A DNA stretch of 45,130 nt from Oscillospiraceae bacterium (GTDB taxonomy: Bacteria > Bacillota > Clostridia > Oscillospirales > CAG-272), in the NCBI GenBank assembly GCA_015064015.1, contig SVTB01000002.1:1-45130 (forward strand), written 5' to 3'. The notes below the pieces were generated by a model. That model had not been told where the DNA came from. It did no database searches and saw only the letters and a list, made by a program, of their open reading frames with translations. The position numbers and the translations under genes were made by a program. Below, in pieces: positions 1 to 7,576 of this stretch (the stretch's first letter is position 1; each line of letters starts with the position of its first letter).

Positions 1-77
1 ATATGAATTTGTTTTAAGAGTTTTTGAAGGGGGGATGGGGGAAACTTTTTGCAAAAAGTTTCCCCCGGCCGTACCCC
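1..77 (+). repeat. Left copy of a 77-nt repeat that recurs perfectly, in inverted orientation, at 44965..45041. It contains a 30-nt perfect palindrome at 37..66 (GGGGGAAACTTTTTGCAAAAAGTTTCCCCC).
   Basis: The reverse complement of 44965..45041 is identical base for base to 1..77. Identity stops at position 78 (C here, T in the other copy). The repeat touches the window edge, so its true length is unknown. Confidence 0.9.
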
Positions 78-115
78 CCATAAGCAACAATTTACCTTTT
101 CTTAAAGGAGATTTT

Positions 116-985
116 ATGACTAAAACGGTAAAGAAAAAAAGCGCTTCCCTCTTTGAGGGAGAACCAACCGCGGCGGAAAAACTGCATTTTCAATGTATTG
201 CCCGTGAAATTTCCATGATGCCACGGCACAACAGCCCCTGCCCGTCCGAAGAAACAACTGCCCCCCTCATCGGCACTTTGCAGGAAAAACGACTTCACGC
301 CGTCATCAAGCACTACCTCTGTGAAGACGAAAGCACCCACGAAATTCCCCTGCAAAATCTTGCTACAAGCCATACTGCACCCAGCACCAAGATGGTAGCC
401 GATGTATTGACGGAAGATCATATTTATGAGGTACAAACCGGAAGTTTTTATCCCTTGAAGAAAAAAATCCAATGGTACTTAGATCATACCAATTACGAAA
501 TTACCGTGGTACACCCCATGGCGGGAATCAAGTACCTTTCCTGGGTAAACCCCGCCGACGGAAATATTGCCAGCCGTAATCCTGTCAAAAAGCGCGGCAA
601 AGTCAAGGATATAGCCAGAGAGCTTTACTGGCTCTCAGACTTTATTGGAAATCCTCGTTTTTCCTTACGCCTTCTCCTACTGGAAATTGAAGAATACCGC
701 ATCCTGGACGGCTACGGTTCCGATAAGAAAAAGCGCGCCAGCAAATATGAGCGATTTCCCATATCGCTTTTGGGAGATGTTCGCCTGTACGAGCCGGAGG
801 ATTATGCTTTCTATTTCCTTCCGGATTCTTTAGGCTACGTGCCTTTTACCGCCGCGGAATACGGAAAAGCCTCCGGCATCCGCGGAAAGGCAGCTTACGG
901 TACTCTGCATCTTTTGGTCAAGCTGGGCTTCCTCGAAGAAGGAGAAAAGCGAGGTCGTAGCATAACTTTTGTCAAAAAATCTTGA
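116..985 (+). CDS. Hypothetical protein, 289 aa; possible PD-(D/E)xK-like nuclease core with a C-terminal winged-helix-like tail.
   Basis: ATG at 116 follows AAAGGAG (103..109). The ORF-track start at 35 lies inside the repeat and is probably an artefact. The motif ADVLTEDHIYEVQTG resembles hhD..(n)..E-x-K/Q nuclease cores. No family was recognised with certainty. Confidence 0.6.
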   Translation: MTKTVKKKSASLFEGEPTAAEKLHFQCIAREISMMPRHNSPCPSEETTAPLIGTLQEKRLHAVIKHYLCEDESTHEIPLQNLATSHTAPSTKMVADVLTEDHIYEVQTGSFYPLKKKIQWYLDHTNYEITVVHPMAGIKYLSWVNPADGNIASRNPVKKRGKVKDIARELYWLSDFIGNPRFSLRLLLLEIEEYRILDGYGSDKKKRASKYERFPISLLGDVRLYEPEDYAFYFLPDSLGYVPFTAAEYGKASGIRGKAAYGTLHLLVKLGFLEEGEKRGRSITFVKKS

Positions 986-1095
986 TTGGCAAAGCAATCT
1001 ATTGCGTATCCTTACAAAGTATGCCCATATCCCTCTCATATTTGTTGCAATATCACGATTTTTCAAATGGAAAATTGAAAATACCTTGAAACATA

Positions 1096-1124
1096 TTGAC
1101 ATTTCAGGAAAATCAGGTTATAAT
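1096..1124 (+). promoter_or_regulatory. Consensus sigma-A promoter (TTGACA-17 nt-TATAAT).
   Basis: TTGACA at 1096..1101, 17-nt spacer, TATAAT at 1119..1124. The next gene on this strand is yloV, about 290 nt downstream. Confidence 0.6.
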
Positions 1125-1245
1125 AAGATGAGAATTTGTGTTTAGCATAAGGTTATTTTCGCCTTTGGCTATAAAAACCCAAAGACGGATCCTCTCGATA
1201 TCACGGATCTGCTTTGATTTTTTTCGGGGCTCCGCCTACACCTCG

Positions 1246-1275
1246 CACAAGAAATTTCCAAAAAAGTTTCTTGTG
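1246..1275. repeat. Hairpin related to the dispersed AAAnTTT..AAAAAGTTT palindromic family.
   Basis: CACAAGAAA (1246..1254) pairs with TTTCTTGTG (1267..1275). The loop TTTCCAAAAAAG resembles the core of the 37..66 palindrome. Confidence 0.5.
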
Positions 1276-1337
1276 TATCCTTATAAATAATCCCTGATTT
1301 TTCCTCACAAATTCCAGTTTAATATTTTATGCCGAAA

Positions 1338-1383
1338 GTTTTGAAGGGTTCAAGGGGAAGTTTTTCAAAAAGTTCCTCTTGCC
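1338..1383 (+). repeat. Degenerate copy of the dispersed repeat family (TTTTGAAGGGTTCAAGGGGAAGTTTTTCAAAAAGTTCCTCTTGCC).
   Basis: It aligns by eye with 21..70 (TTTTTGAAGGGGGGATGGGGGAAACTTTTTGCAAAAAGTTTCCCCCGGCC), but the hairpin is decayed. Confidence 0.5.
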
Positions 1384-1417
1384 ACGCTCCAATATGTACG
1401 AAAGGTAGGTTAACACT

Positions 1418-3070
1418 ATGGTTATCGACGGCGAGCAATTCCAAAAAATGTGTGCGTCCGCAGCCAATTCTATTGACAGCCAAAAAACCGAGATCAACAA
1501 TCTGAATGTATTCCCCGTACCCGACGGCGACACAGGCATCAACATGAGCCTGACCATGAAGCCTGTCCGCAAGATTCACTTTGCTCCCGGCCCCCTGTCT
1601 GAAACCGCAGGTAAAGTAGCTGACAGTGTCCTTCGTTCAGCTCGCGGCAACTCAGGTGCCATCCTGTCCCTGTTCTTCCGCGGTATGGCCAAAGCCTTCA
1701 AGGGCTTGGATAAGGCCGACTCCAAGGATATCGCCAAGGCGATCCGTAGCGGTACCAACGAGGCTTACCGTGCCGTAAGCGCGCCTACCGAAGGCACCAT
1801 CCTCACCGTCATGCGCGGTTGTGCCGACGTGGCCGAGGCAGAAGCTGAGAACTATACGGACGATCCTGTAGCCTTCTTTGAACTGCTGGTGAAGAATGCC
1901 GAGGAGGTACTGAACAAGACCCCCGAGATGCTTCCTGTCCTTAAACAGGCCAAGGTAGTGGACGCGGGCGGCAGCGGCTTTGTGGCTATTCTCAAGGGTA
2001 TGCTGGCATCTCTTCGCGGCCAGGATGTTCCCGAAGTTGCCGATAGTGACAGCGCCGGAGAGAGCCAGAATCAAGCTGATTTCTCGGAGTTTAATACCGA
2101 ATCCATCAAATTTGCATACTGCACTGAATGTATCGTAGGCAAATCCAAGAATTTCACGGGTGAAGGCAAGGCTACCACTTTCCGGGATACCATTGCCCCT
2201 TGGGGTGACAGCATGGTTTTCATCGACGACGAGGAGATCATCAAGCTCCACATCCACACCAACGATCCCGGCCGCGTGCTGAGCGAGGCACTCAAATACG
2301 GTGCTCTAGAAACCGTCAAGATCGAGAACATGAGAAGCCAGCACTCAGCTTTGACCGATGCAGGTGAAGCGGCTGCTGAAGAGCCTGTTGATACCACCAC
2401 CGTAGAAGCGCCCTTTGGCTTTGTGGCCGTTTGTCTCGGCGAGGGTACTGCCAATATGTTCCACGACTTAGGCGTTAACCAAATCGTTACCGGTGGCCAG
2501 ACCATGAATCCCTCTACTGACGACATTTTGAACGCCGTACATCGTACCAAGGCAGAGGTTGTTTACGTTCTGCCCAACAATAAGAACATCATCATGGTGG
2601 CCAACCAAGCCGCCGAGATCATTAAGGAAGGCGGCGTTCGCCGTTTGGTGGTACTGGAGACCCGTAGTGTTCCCGAGGGCATGGCCGCTATGCTGGCCTT
2701 TGATGAATCTGCCACTCCCGAAGAAAATGCTGCCGCTATGACCGAGGCCTTTGGCAACGTCCATACTCTGTCGGTCACCCGTGCCGTGAAGGATGCCGCC
2801 ATCGACGGTATGTCCATCAAGGCAGGCGAATACATGGGTCTGTGCGACAGAAAGATCGGCTACACCGGCACCGGTCGCCGCGCCATCGTTCTGCGTATGC
2901 TGGAGAACTTCCCCGACGCTTCCTTCGTCACCGTTCTCTACGGTGCTGATGTCACCGAGGAAGCCGCCAATAAGCTGCTGGCCAGAATGCAGGAAAAACT
3001 GCCCGATGCCGAGTTTGCCATGATCAAGGGCGGTCAACCTTTGTACGATTACGTCATTTCCGTAGAATAA
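1418..3070 (+). CDS. yloV: DAK2-domain protein of the YloV family, 550 aa.
   Basis: The N-terminus (INNLNVFPVPDGDTGINMSLTM, RGNSG) is typical of YloV/DAK2 fusion proteins. An AAAGGTAGG RBS lies upstream. Confidence 0.85.
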   Translation: MVIDGEQFQKMCASAANSIDSQKTEINNLNVFPVPDGDTGINMSLTMKPVRKIHFAPGPLSETAGKVADSVLRSARGNSGAILSLFFRGMAKAFKGLDKADSKDIAKAIRSGTNEAYRAVSAPTEGTILTVMRGCADVAEAEAENYTDDPVAFFELLVKNAEEVLNKTPEMLPVLKQAKVVDAGGSGFVAILKGMLASLRGQDVPEVADSDSAGESQNQADFSEFNTESIKFAYCTECIVGKSKNFTGEGKATTFRDTIAPWGDSMVFIDDEEIIKLHIHTNDPGRVLSEALKYGALETVKIENMRSQHSALTDAGEAAAEEPVDTTTVEAPFGFVAVCLGEGTANMFHDLGVNQIVTGGQTMNPSTDDILNAVHRTKAEVVYVLPNNKNIIMVANQAAEIIKEGGVRRLVVLETRSVPEGMAAMLAFDESATPEENAAAMTEAFGNVHTLSVTRAVKDAAIDGMSIKAGEYMGLCDRKIGYTGTGRRAIVLRMLENFPDASFVTVLYGADVTEEAANKLLARMQEKLPDAEFAMIKGGQPLYDYVISVE

Positions 3071-3081
3071 TTTCATAAAAA

Positions 3082-3140
3082 AACGCTCTCGATAGGAATC
3101 ACGGCACACTGCCGCGAAACCCCGTCGAGGGCGTTTTGTT
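3082..3140 (+). terminator. Branched stem followed by a T-rich tail, downstream of yloV.
   Basis: AACGCTCTCGA (3082..3092) pairs with TCGAGGGCGTT (3125..3135). An inner hairpin is CGGCA-CAC-TGCCG. TTGTTTGTT follows. Confidence 0.45.
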
Positions 3141-3353
3141 TGTTACAAAAGGATGGTAAAGGTGTAAATCGCTACGGACAAAGGATAAGCCACGGCGTAC
3201 CCAATAGCCAACGCTTTGGGGAAAAGGCGCTTGGTAGCGTGGGGGCCTCTTTTAAAATATCAAGGCGGCAAAAACAAGACAAAGTAGCTCCAATGCAGCC
3301 CAAAAGTAGTCAAATGATTGTGCTTAAATTTCTTCAGGGAAAATTATCCCCGG

Positions 3354-4484
3354 TCATAACAACTTCCGTTTGATATACTTGAGGGTCTTTTCTACCGTCC
3401 TTTGTTCAAATTCTGCGTATACATCAAAATTAGAGAAAGTGCCGCCCTCCTCGGAAGCCCAGCCGATCAACCATTGGCCTTTTCGTGCGTCCTCCAGATT
3501 GTCGCTATGAGACTTGAAGCGGAAAATATAGTAGAGCTCCTTCTTCTTGACCTGACCGAGATATTCAATTTCCTCGGGCATCTCCCCCAGCTCGGTAGGA
3601 TAGACCAGCCAGCGGATCATAGTGCTTTGGGCCAAATACTCCTTCTCGGCATATGCAGACGGGAACCGCTTGAGCATTCCGTATTGCTCTAAAAGTGAAT
3701 AGGTCATGGAGGCGTATTCCAAGTCTGCAGCAAGGGCGGCGAGCGCCTCATCAGGCACCGATTTTCCGGCCTTCAAAAGAGAACGGACGGCGTAAAAGCA
3801 AAGGTTGGCACGTCCCGTTTTCAATACTTCATACATGAGATCGAGAAGTTCATTTGTCCGCAGGCAACCGCACACATCGCAAGCTACTTCTAAGGCATTG
3901 ATAACGTCTTCGCTCGGTTGTACCGAAAGATAGCGTTTGATCTCGGCAGCTATATAGGCCTCCAAAACAGCCATGGCATCATCAGGGATAGCCGCCACTT
4001 TGTCCTTGTAGTGGAGCAAACCGTTGTACAGAAGTCCTCTTTGGAATTCGTCCTTCACAGGAGACAGCACCTCTACAAGGTGCTCCATCTCGTATTTGCT
4101 GTGATGACCTTCGCCGATGACATGATCCACCTCGCGTTCCACGAAGCGCTCCTTGTCCACGGTCAGCCGGAAGGATCTAAGATCATCCATACGTTCTACG
4201 GGTACATCGGAGGGGGAGGGATAACAATGCGTAATCAAAGCAAATAGCTCGTCTCCGTAAGCCAACGCGGCATCCTTTTCTTTATAGGCAGTCATATGGG
4301 ACATTTGGTCGCCAATCTTTGAAATCTCGGCAAAAGCCACGGTAGAAATCTCAATTTTATCATCTGAGGTCAACCTCAACCGTTTCGCTTCGATGTTTCG
4401 CAAAAGATAGGTAGTAAATTGGGATTTTTCGGAATACTTTTCGGCTTGTTTCATGGTTTGAAGGAGAGAAGTCAAATGGGACAT
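3354..4484 (-). CDS. Hypothetical soluble protein, 376 aa.
   Basis: The MSHLTSLLQ start at 4484 follows AAAGGCGG. The longer ORF-track start at 4571 lacks an RBS. No motif recognised. Confidence 0.65.
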   Translation of the reverse strand: MSHLTSLLQTMKQAEKYSEKSQFTTYLLRNIEAKRLRLTSDDKIEISTVAFAEISKIGDQMSHMTAYKEKDAALAYGDELFALITHCYPSPSDVPVERMDDLRSFRLTVDKERFVEREVDHVIGEGHHSKYEMEHLVEVLSPVKDEFQRGLLYNGLLHYKDKVAAIPDDAMAVLEAYIAAEIKRYLSVQPSEDVINALEVACDVCGCLRTNELLDLMYEVLKTGRANLCFYAVRSLLKAGKSVPDEALAALAADLEYASMTYSLLEQYGMLKRFPSAYAEKEYLAQSTMIRWLVYPTELGEMPEEIEYLGQVKKKELYYIFRFKSHSDNLEDARKGQWLIGWASEEGGTFSNFDVYAEFEQRTVEKTLKYIKRKLL

Positions 4485-4520
4485 GATATACCGCCTTTCG
4501 TTTTCAAAGCTGTTTTCACC

Positions 4521-4549
4521 ATTATAGCATAGATCTGTCAATTCTGCAA
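4521..4549 (-). promoter_or_regulatory. Sigma-A promoter for the 3354..4484 gene (TTGCAG-17-TGcTATAAT).
   Basis: On the minus strand: TTGCAG (4549..4544), 17-nt spacer, extended -10 TGC-TATAAT (4526..4521). Confidence 0.55.
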
Positions 4550-4621
4550 GCCCCCAAATATTCACAAACAACTTTTATGGCATTTGCTTTTTTAAAAAAT
4601 TGGGATTCGACAAAAATGCCC

Positions 4622-4650
4622 TTGACAAAAAGAGCGAAATGGTATATAAT
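4622..4650 (+). promoter_or_regulatory. Consensus sigma-A promoter for tRNA-Gly.
   Basis: TTGACA at 4622..4627, 17-nt spacer, TATAAT at 4645..4650, about 25 nt upstream of the tRNA. Confidence 0.7.
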
Positions 4651-4675
4651 AAGTGCGTTGTTCAGATATTTGAGC

Positions 4676-4749
4676 GCGGGTATAGTCTAATGGCAAAACT
4701 CCAGCTTCCCAAGCTGGCTATGCGGGTTCGATTCCCGTTACCCGCTCCA
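4676..4749 (+). tRNA. tRNA-Gly (anticodon CCC).
   Basis: 74 nt. Acceptor stem GCGGGTA/TACCCGC. Anticodon stem CCAGC/GCTGG with loop TTCCCAA. T-arm GCGGG-TTCGATT-CCCGT. Discriminator T and an encoded CCA. Confidence 0.9.
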
Positions 4750-4757
4750 CAAAAAAA

Positions 4758-4799
4758 CCATAATATTGATACGAAAAATATCGGTATTATGGCTTTTTT
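4758..4799 (+). terminator. Intrinsic terminator after tRNA-Gly.
   Basis: CCATAATA (4758..4765) pairs with TATTATGG (4785..4792), extended by an inner stem. CTTTTTT follows. Confidence 0.7.
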
Positions 4800-4845
4800 A
4801 TTGCCAAAATAAGGGGATTTTGCCGTTTTCCTTGAATTTAACAGT

Positions 4846-4893
4846 AAAAAAGTAGGCTTGCCGGGATGGTTTTCGTCCTTGCAAGCCTTTTTT
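4846..4893. terminator. Terminator-like hairpin flanked by an A-tract and a T-tract (bidirectional).
   Basis: AGGCTTGC (4854..4861) pairs with GCAAGCCT (4881..4888). AAAAAA lies upstream and TTTTTT downstream. Which transcript it ends is unclear. Confidence 0.4.
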
Positions 4894-5025
4894 GTTTTAT
4901 CGACAAAAAACAAATCGTTCAATTTGTGGGTAATCGTTCAATTATTTGCATAGTGCTTATATGAATCAATTTTAGTTTTTATATCACTTTTCATTGATTT
5001 TTCTTTTAAAATGTGAAACCGTAGA

Positions 5026-5053
5026 TTGATTTTCTGCATTTTTGTGCTATAAT
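5026..5053 (+). promoter_or_regulatory. Sigma-A promoter with extended -10 (TTGATT-16-TGcTATAAT) in the AT-rich spacer between the two tRNAs.
   Basis: TTGATT at 5026..5031, TG at 5045..5046, TATAAT at 5048..5053. No ORF with an RBS follows. Confidence 0.5.
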
Positions 5054-5059
5054 ATTCTG

Positions 5060-5148
5060 TTCGATGACAAAATCGAGATCTTCTACAAATATTCGCAAAA
5101 CAATAATCCCGACGAAATCTCACAAGAGATCCGTCGGGATTTCTGTTT
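5060..5148 (+). ncRNA. Candidate small RNA of about 90 nt, defined only by a promoter plus a terminator.
   Basis: The promoter is at 5026..5053. The stem AATCCCGACG (5105..5114) pairs with CGTCGGGATT (5132..5141) and is followed by TCTGTTT. The same hairpin could instead serve as a distal terminator for tRNA-Val on the other strand. Confidence 0.25.
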
Positions 5149-5212
5149 GCCTGCCGGTAAGATTCTGTCCGCAACATATCGGCATTTGATCTATGCTGCC
5201 GACTTTGGGACA

Positions 5213-5250
5213 CAAAGAAAAACCAGCCAAACCGTGTGGTTCGACTGGTT
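5213..5250 (-). terminator. Intrinsic terminator just downstream of tRNA-Val.
   Basis: On the minus strand, AACCAG..CTGGTT with an inner GGTT/AACC stem is followed by TTTTTCTTTG. Confidence 0.55.
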
Positions 5251-5256
5251 CTACTA

Positions 5257-5333
5257 TGGTGGAGACAGTTGGAATCGAACCAATGACCTCATGCATGTCA
5301 AGCATGCGCTCTAACCAGCTGAGCTATGCCTCC
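5257..5333 (-). tRNA. tRNA-Val (anticodon GAC).
   Basis: The reverse complement reads GGAGGCATAGCTCAGCTGGTTAGAGCGCATGCTTGACATGCATGAGGTCATTGGTTCGATTCCAACTGTCTCCACCA. It has the canonical D and T arms, anticodon loop TTGACAT and an encoded CCA. Confidence 0.9.
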
Positions 5334-5357
5334 ATATGCCGCTCTCGCAACGATGGT

Positions 5358-5386
5358 ATTATATCACATTCCCGTATAAATGTCAA
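5358..5386 (-). promoter_or_regulatory. Consensus sigma-A promoter for tRNA-Val.
   Basis: On the minus strand: TTGACA (5386..5381), 17 nt, TATAAT (5363..5358). Confidence 0.7.
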
Positions 5387-5438
5387 TAGCTTTTTTGAAG
5401 TTTTTTATTTATTTTCCATTCAAAATCATGCGTCTCTA

Positions 5439-5467
5439 TTGACAATCCCCCTTGTATGGGGTATAAT
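5439..5467 (+). promoter_or_regulatory. Consensus sigma-A promoter for the riboswitch-folT-folC transcript.
   Basis: TTGACA at 5439..5444, 17-nt spacer, TATAAT at 5462..5467. Confidence 0.75.
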
Positions 5468-5503
5468 ATATATACATTCACTTACTTACCAAGGTGAAAA
5501 TTA

Positions 5504-5607
5504 GAAGAGTAAAAGCACAGGCGTCAAGTGCCGACGGGACGGGGAGTTGCCGGTCGGACGAAGGTTGATAGCATTTCAACTGCGGTCTTTGCTTTGCATC
5601 CCGCTTC
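5504..5607 (+). promoter_or_regulatory. THF (tetrahydrofolate) riboswitch aptamer.
   Basis: The blocks GAAGAGTA .. GCGTCAAGTG .. GGGA .. ACGAAGG .. TGCGG .. TTGCATCCCGCTTC match the conserved THF-I core blocks as I recall them. P1 is GAAGAG/CGCTTC. It sits directly upstream of a folate ECF S-component gene, the classic context. Confidence 0.8.
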
Positions 5608-5643
5608 GTAAGGCAAAAGCGCTTCCCTTCTCTCAAGGGACAG

Positions 5644-5688
5644 CCTCCTTCCTGCCATATGCAGCAGGAAAGGAGGTATTTCTTTTTT
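5644..5688 (+). promoter_or_regulatory. Riboswitch expression platform: a hairpin that sequesters the folT SD, followed by a T-tract.
   Basis: CCTCCTTCCTGC (5644..5655) pairs with GCAGGAAAGGAGG (5664..5676), which contains the AGGAGG SD. TATTTCTTTTTT then runs into the ATG at 5689. Confidence 0.6.
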
Positions 5689-6231
5689 ATGGCCAAAACA
5701 TCCCGTAGCTCTGTTATTTTCGGAAGTATCGCACGGCTGGTGCTCTCCGCTATGCTCGTGGCGATGAGCGTGGTTATCGGAATTTTCTGCAAAAATTTTA
5801 TGAATTTTGCCGGCGGTCTTTTCCGTATTACCTTTGAAAACTTGCCTATTCTTTTGGCGGGTATTTATTTGGGTCCTGTGATCGGAGGGCTCGTGGGCCT
5901 CGCATCGGATCTGGTCAGTTATTTCATGTCCTCACAAATATATCCCCCCAATCTCGTGGTCACCATCGGTGCCTGTGCCGTAGGTGTCATTTCCGGTGTG
6001 ATGGCCAAATACGTGATTAAGCAACGCGGTTCCAAGCAGATTATTATATCCTCTGCCTCTGCCCACATCATTGGCTCCATGATCATCAAAACATGGGGGC
6101 TTTATACCATTTACGGCACAGCCGTACTGGTGCGTATCCCGCTTTATATCGTAATCGCCACCGTGGAAATTACCCTTATCTGCCTGCTATGGCACAAGCA
6201 ATCCTTCCGCCGTTTGTTTGAAAAGCTGTAA
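5689..6231 (+). CDS. folT: Folate ECF-transporter S component (FolT-like), 180 aa.
   Basis: Multi-TM protein starting MAKTSRSSVIFGSIARLVL. It lies downstream of a THF riboswitch and upstream of folC. The ATG at 5689 follows AGGAGG. Confidence 0.8.
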   Translation: MAKTSRSSVIFGSIARLVLSAMLVAMSVVIGIFCKNFMNFAGGLFRITFENLPILLAGIYLGPVIGGLVGLASDLVSYFMSSQIYPPNLVVTIGACAVGVISGVMAKYVIKQRGSKQIIISSASAHIIGSMIIKTWGLYTIYGTAVLVRIPLYIVIATVEITLICLLWHKQSFRRLFEKL

Positions 6232-6247
6232 AGGAGTTTTGTTTCCC

Positions 6248-7576
6248 ATGACCTATACCCAAGCACTTGACTATATTCATTCGGTTTCCTGGAAGGGTAG
6301 CCGCCCGGGGCTCAGCCGCATTAAAGAGTTGTGTCAGCGGATCGGCAACCCCCAAAATGACTTGAAATTTATCCATGTTGCCGGAACCAATGGCAAAGGA
6401 TCTACCTCAGCCATGCTATCGAGCATCCTCATCCATGCCGGCTACCGTGTGGGGCTGTTTACATCTCCTTTCATTGTTCGATTTAATGAACGCATGAAGG
6501 TGAACGGATGCGACATTGAGGATGATACGTTGGCAGAAGTCACCGCCTTTGTCCGTCCTCACGCCGACGCTATGGCAGATGCCCCCACCGAGTTTGAACT
6601 CATCACGGCCATCGCCTTTGAGTTTTTTAAACGGGAGGGCTGCGACGTGGTGGTACTGGAGGTAGGCATGGGCGGCCGGTTGGATTCCACCAACATCATT
6701 CCCCCTTCCTCGGTTCTTTTGTCCATCATTACAGGCATCGCCATGGACCATACCGCTTTTTTGGGAGATACCCCTGAGGCGATCGCCAGAGAAAAGGCGG
6801 GGATCATCAAGGAAGATGTTCCTGTCTTGTTTGGAGGCGCGCACCCCGCCGTGGGATCAGATGCACGCACCGCCGTCAACCACGTATCGGTGGCGCAGGT
6901 AATTCAATCTGTAGCAGATGAAAAACGGGCACCCTGTACCATTACCGAACACGACCTCCTTTCGGAGGTCTCCTGTGATTTGACGGGCGCTGTCTTTTCT
7001 TTCGGCGCCTTCCAAAAAGTGCGCCTATCCCTTCCCGGAGTATATCAGCCCTATAACGCCGCCACGGTACTGACAGCTTGTAAAATTTTGGATCAGCAAG
7101 GATTGCTTCTGTCTGAAGACCATATCCGCAAAGGGCTGGAAAGCGTATCCTGGCCCGGCAGATTTGAGATCCTTTCTCAGAATCCTCTGGTCATTTCCGA
7201 TGGTGGACATAATCCCGAAGGGGTGGACGCAGCGGTGGCCGGGATCAAATGCCTTTTCCCCAATGGCAAGGTCTTTCTGCTGTCCGGAGTGATGGCTGAT
7301 AAGGATTTCCTTCCCATGGTTCGGCGGATGTGTGAAGTAGCCGAACAGGTATTTACTGTACGTCCCGACAATAGCCGCGCCATGAGTGCCGAAGCCTACG
7401 CAGAGGTGTTCCGCGCTCAAGGGCTCCCTGCCCAAGGCTACGACAGCATCGAGGCCGCTGTACACGCCGCCATGAAAGCCTGCCTCGCTCAACACAAACC
7501 CCTGCTAACCCTGGGATCCTTATATATGTACGGAGAAATCAGGGCAGCTGTGGTATCCTTTGCTGAAAGGAATTGA
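6248..7576 (+). CDS. folC: Folylpolyglutamate synthase / dihydrofolate synthase.
   Basis: HVAGTNGKGST P-loop and Mur-ligase-like layout. The MTYTQALDYIHS start at 6248 follows AAAGGAG. Confidence 0.9.
   Translation: MTYTQALDYIHSVSWKGSRPGLSRIKELCQRIGNPQNDLKFIHVAGTNGKGSTSAMLSSILIHAGYRVGLFTSPFIVRFNERMKVNGCDIEDDTLAEVTAFVRPHADAMADAPTEFELITAIAFEFFKREGCDVVVLEVGMGGRLDSTNIIPPSSVLLSIITGIAMDHTAFLGDTPEAIAREKAGIIKEDVPVLFGGAHPAVGSDARTAVNHVSVAQVIQSVADEKRAPCTITEHDLLSEVSCDLTGAVFSFGAFQKVRLSLPGVYQPYNAATVLTACKILDQQGLLLSEDHIRKGLESVSWPGRFEILSQNPLVISDGGHNPEGVDAAVAGIKCLFPNGKVFLLSGVMADKDFLPMVRRMCEVAEQVFTVRPDNSRAMSAEAYAEVFRAQGLPAQGYDSIEAAVHAAMKACLAQHKPLLTLGSLYMYGEIRAAVVSFAERN

Noticed and set aside
35-115. N-terminal extension MGETFCKKFPPAVPP.. 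of the first ORF, and the 72-aa ORF 44861..45079.
   Set aside because: Both are translations of the 77-nt inverted repeat. The real start of the first gene is the RBS-preceded ATG at 116.
3140-3373. 77-aa ORF in the yloV-downstream spacer.
   Set aside because: It has no RBS and an implausible composition. It overlaps the 3' end of the convergent gene.
4600-4812. 70-aa ORF.
   Set aside because: It overlaps tRNA-Gly (4676..4749) and the tRNA's promoter and terminator.
4938-5213. 91-aa minus-strand ORF in the AT-rich inter-tRNA spacer.
   Set aside because: It spans two terminator hairpins and a promoter. The peptide is Arg/Lys-rich and implausible, and there is no RBS.
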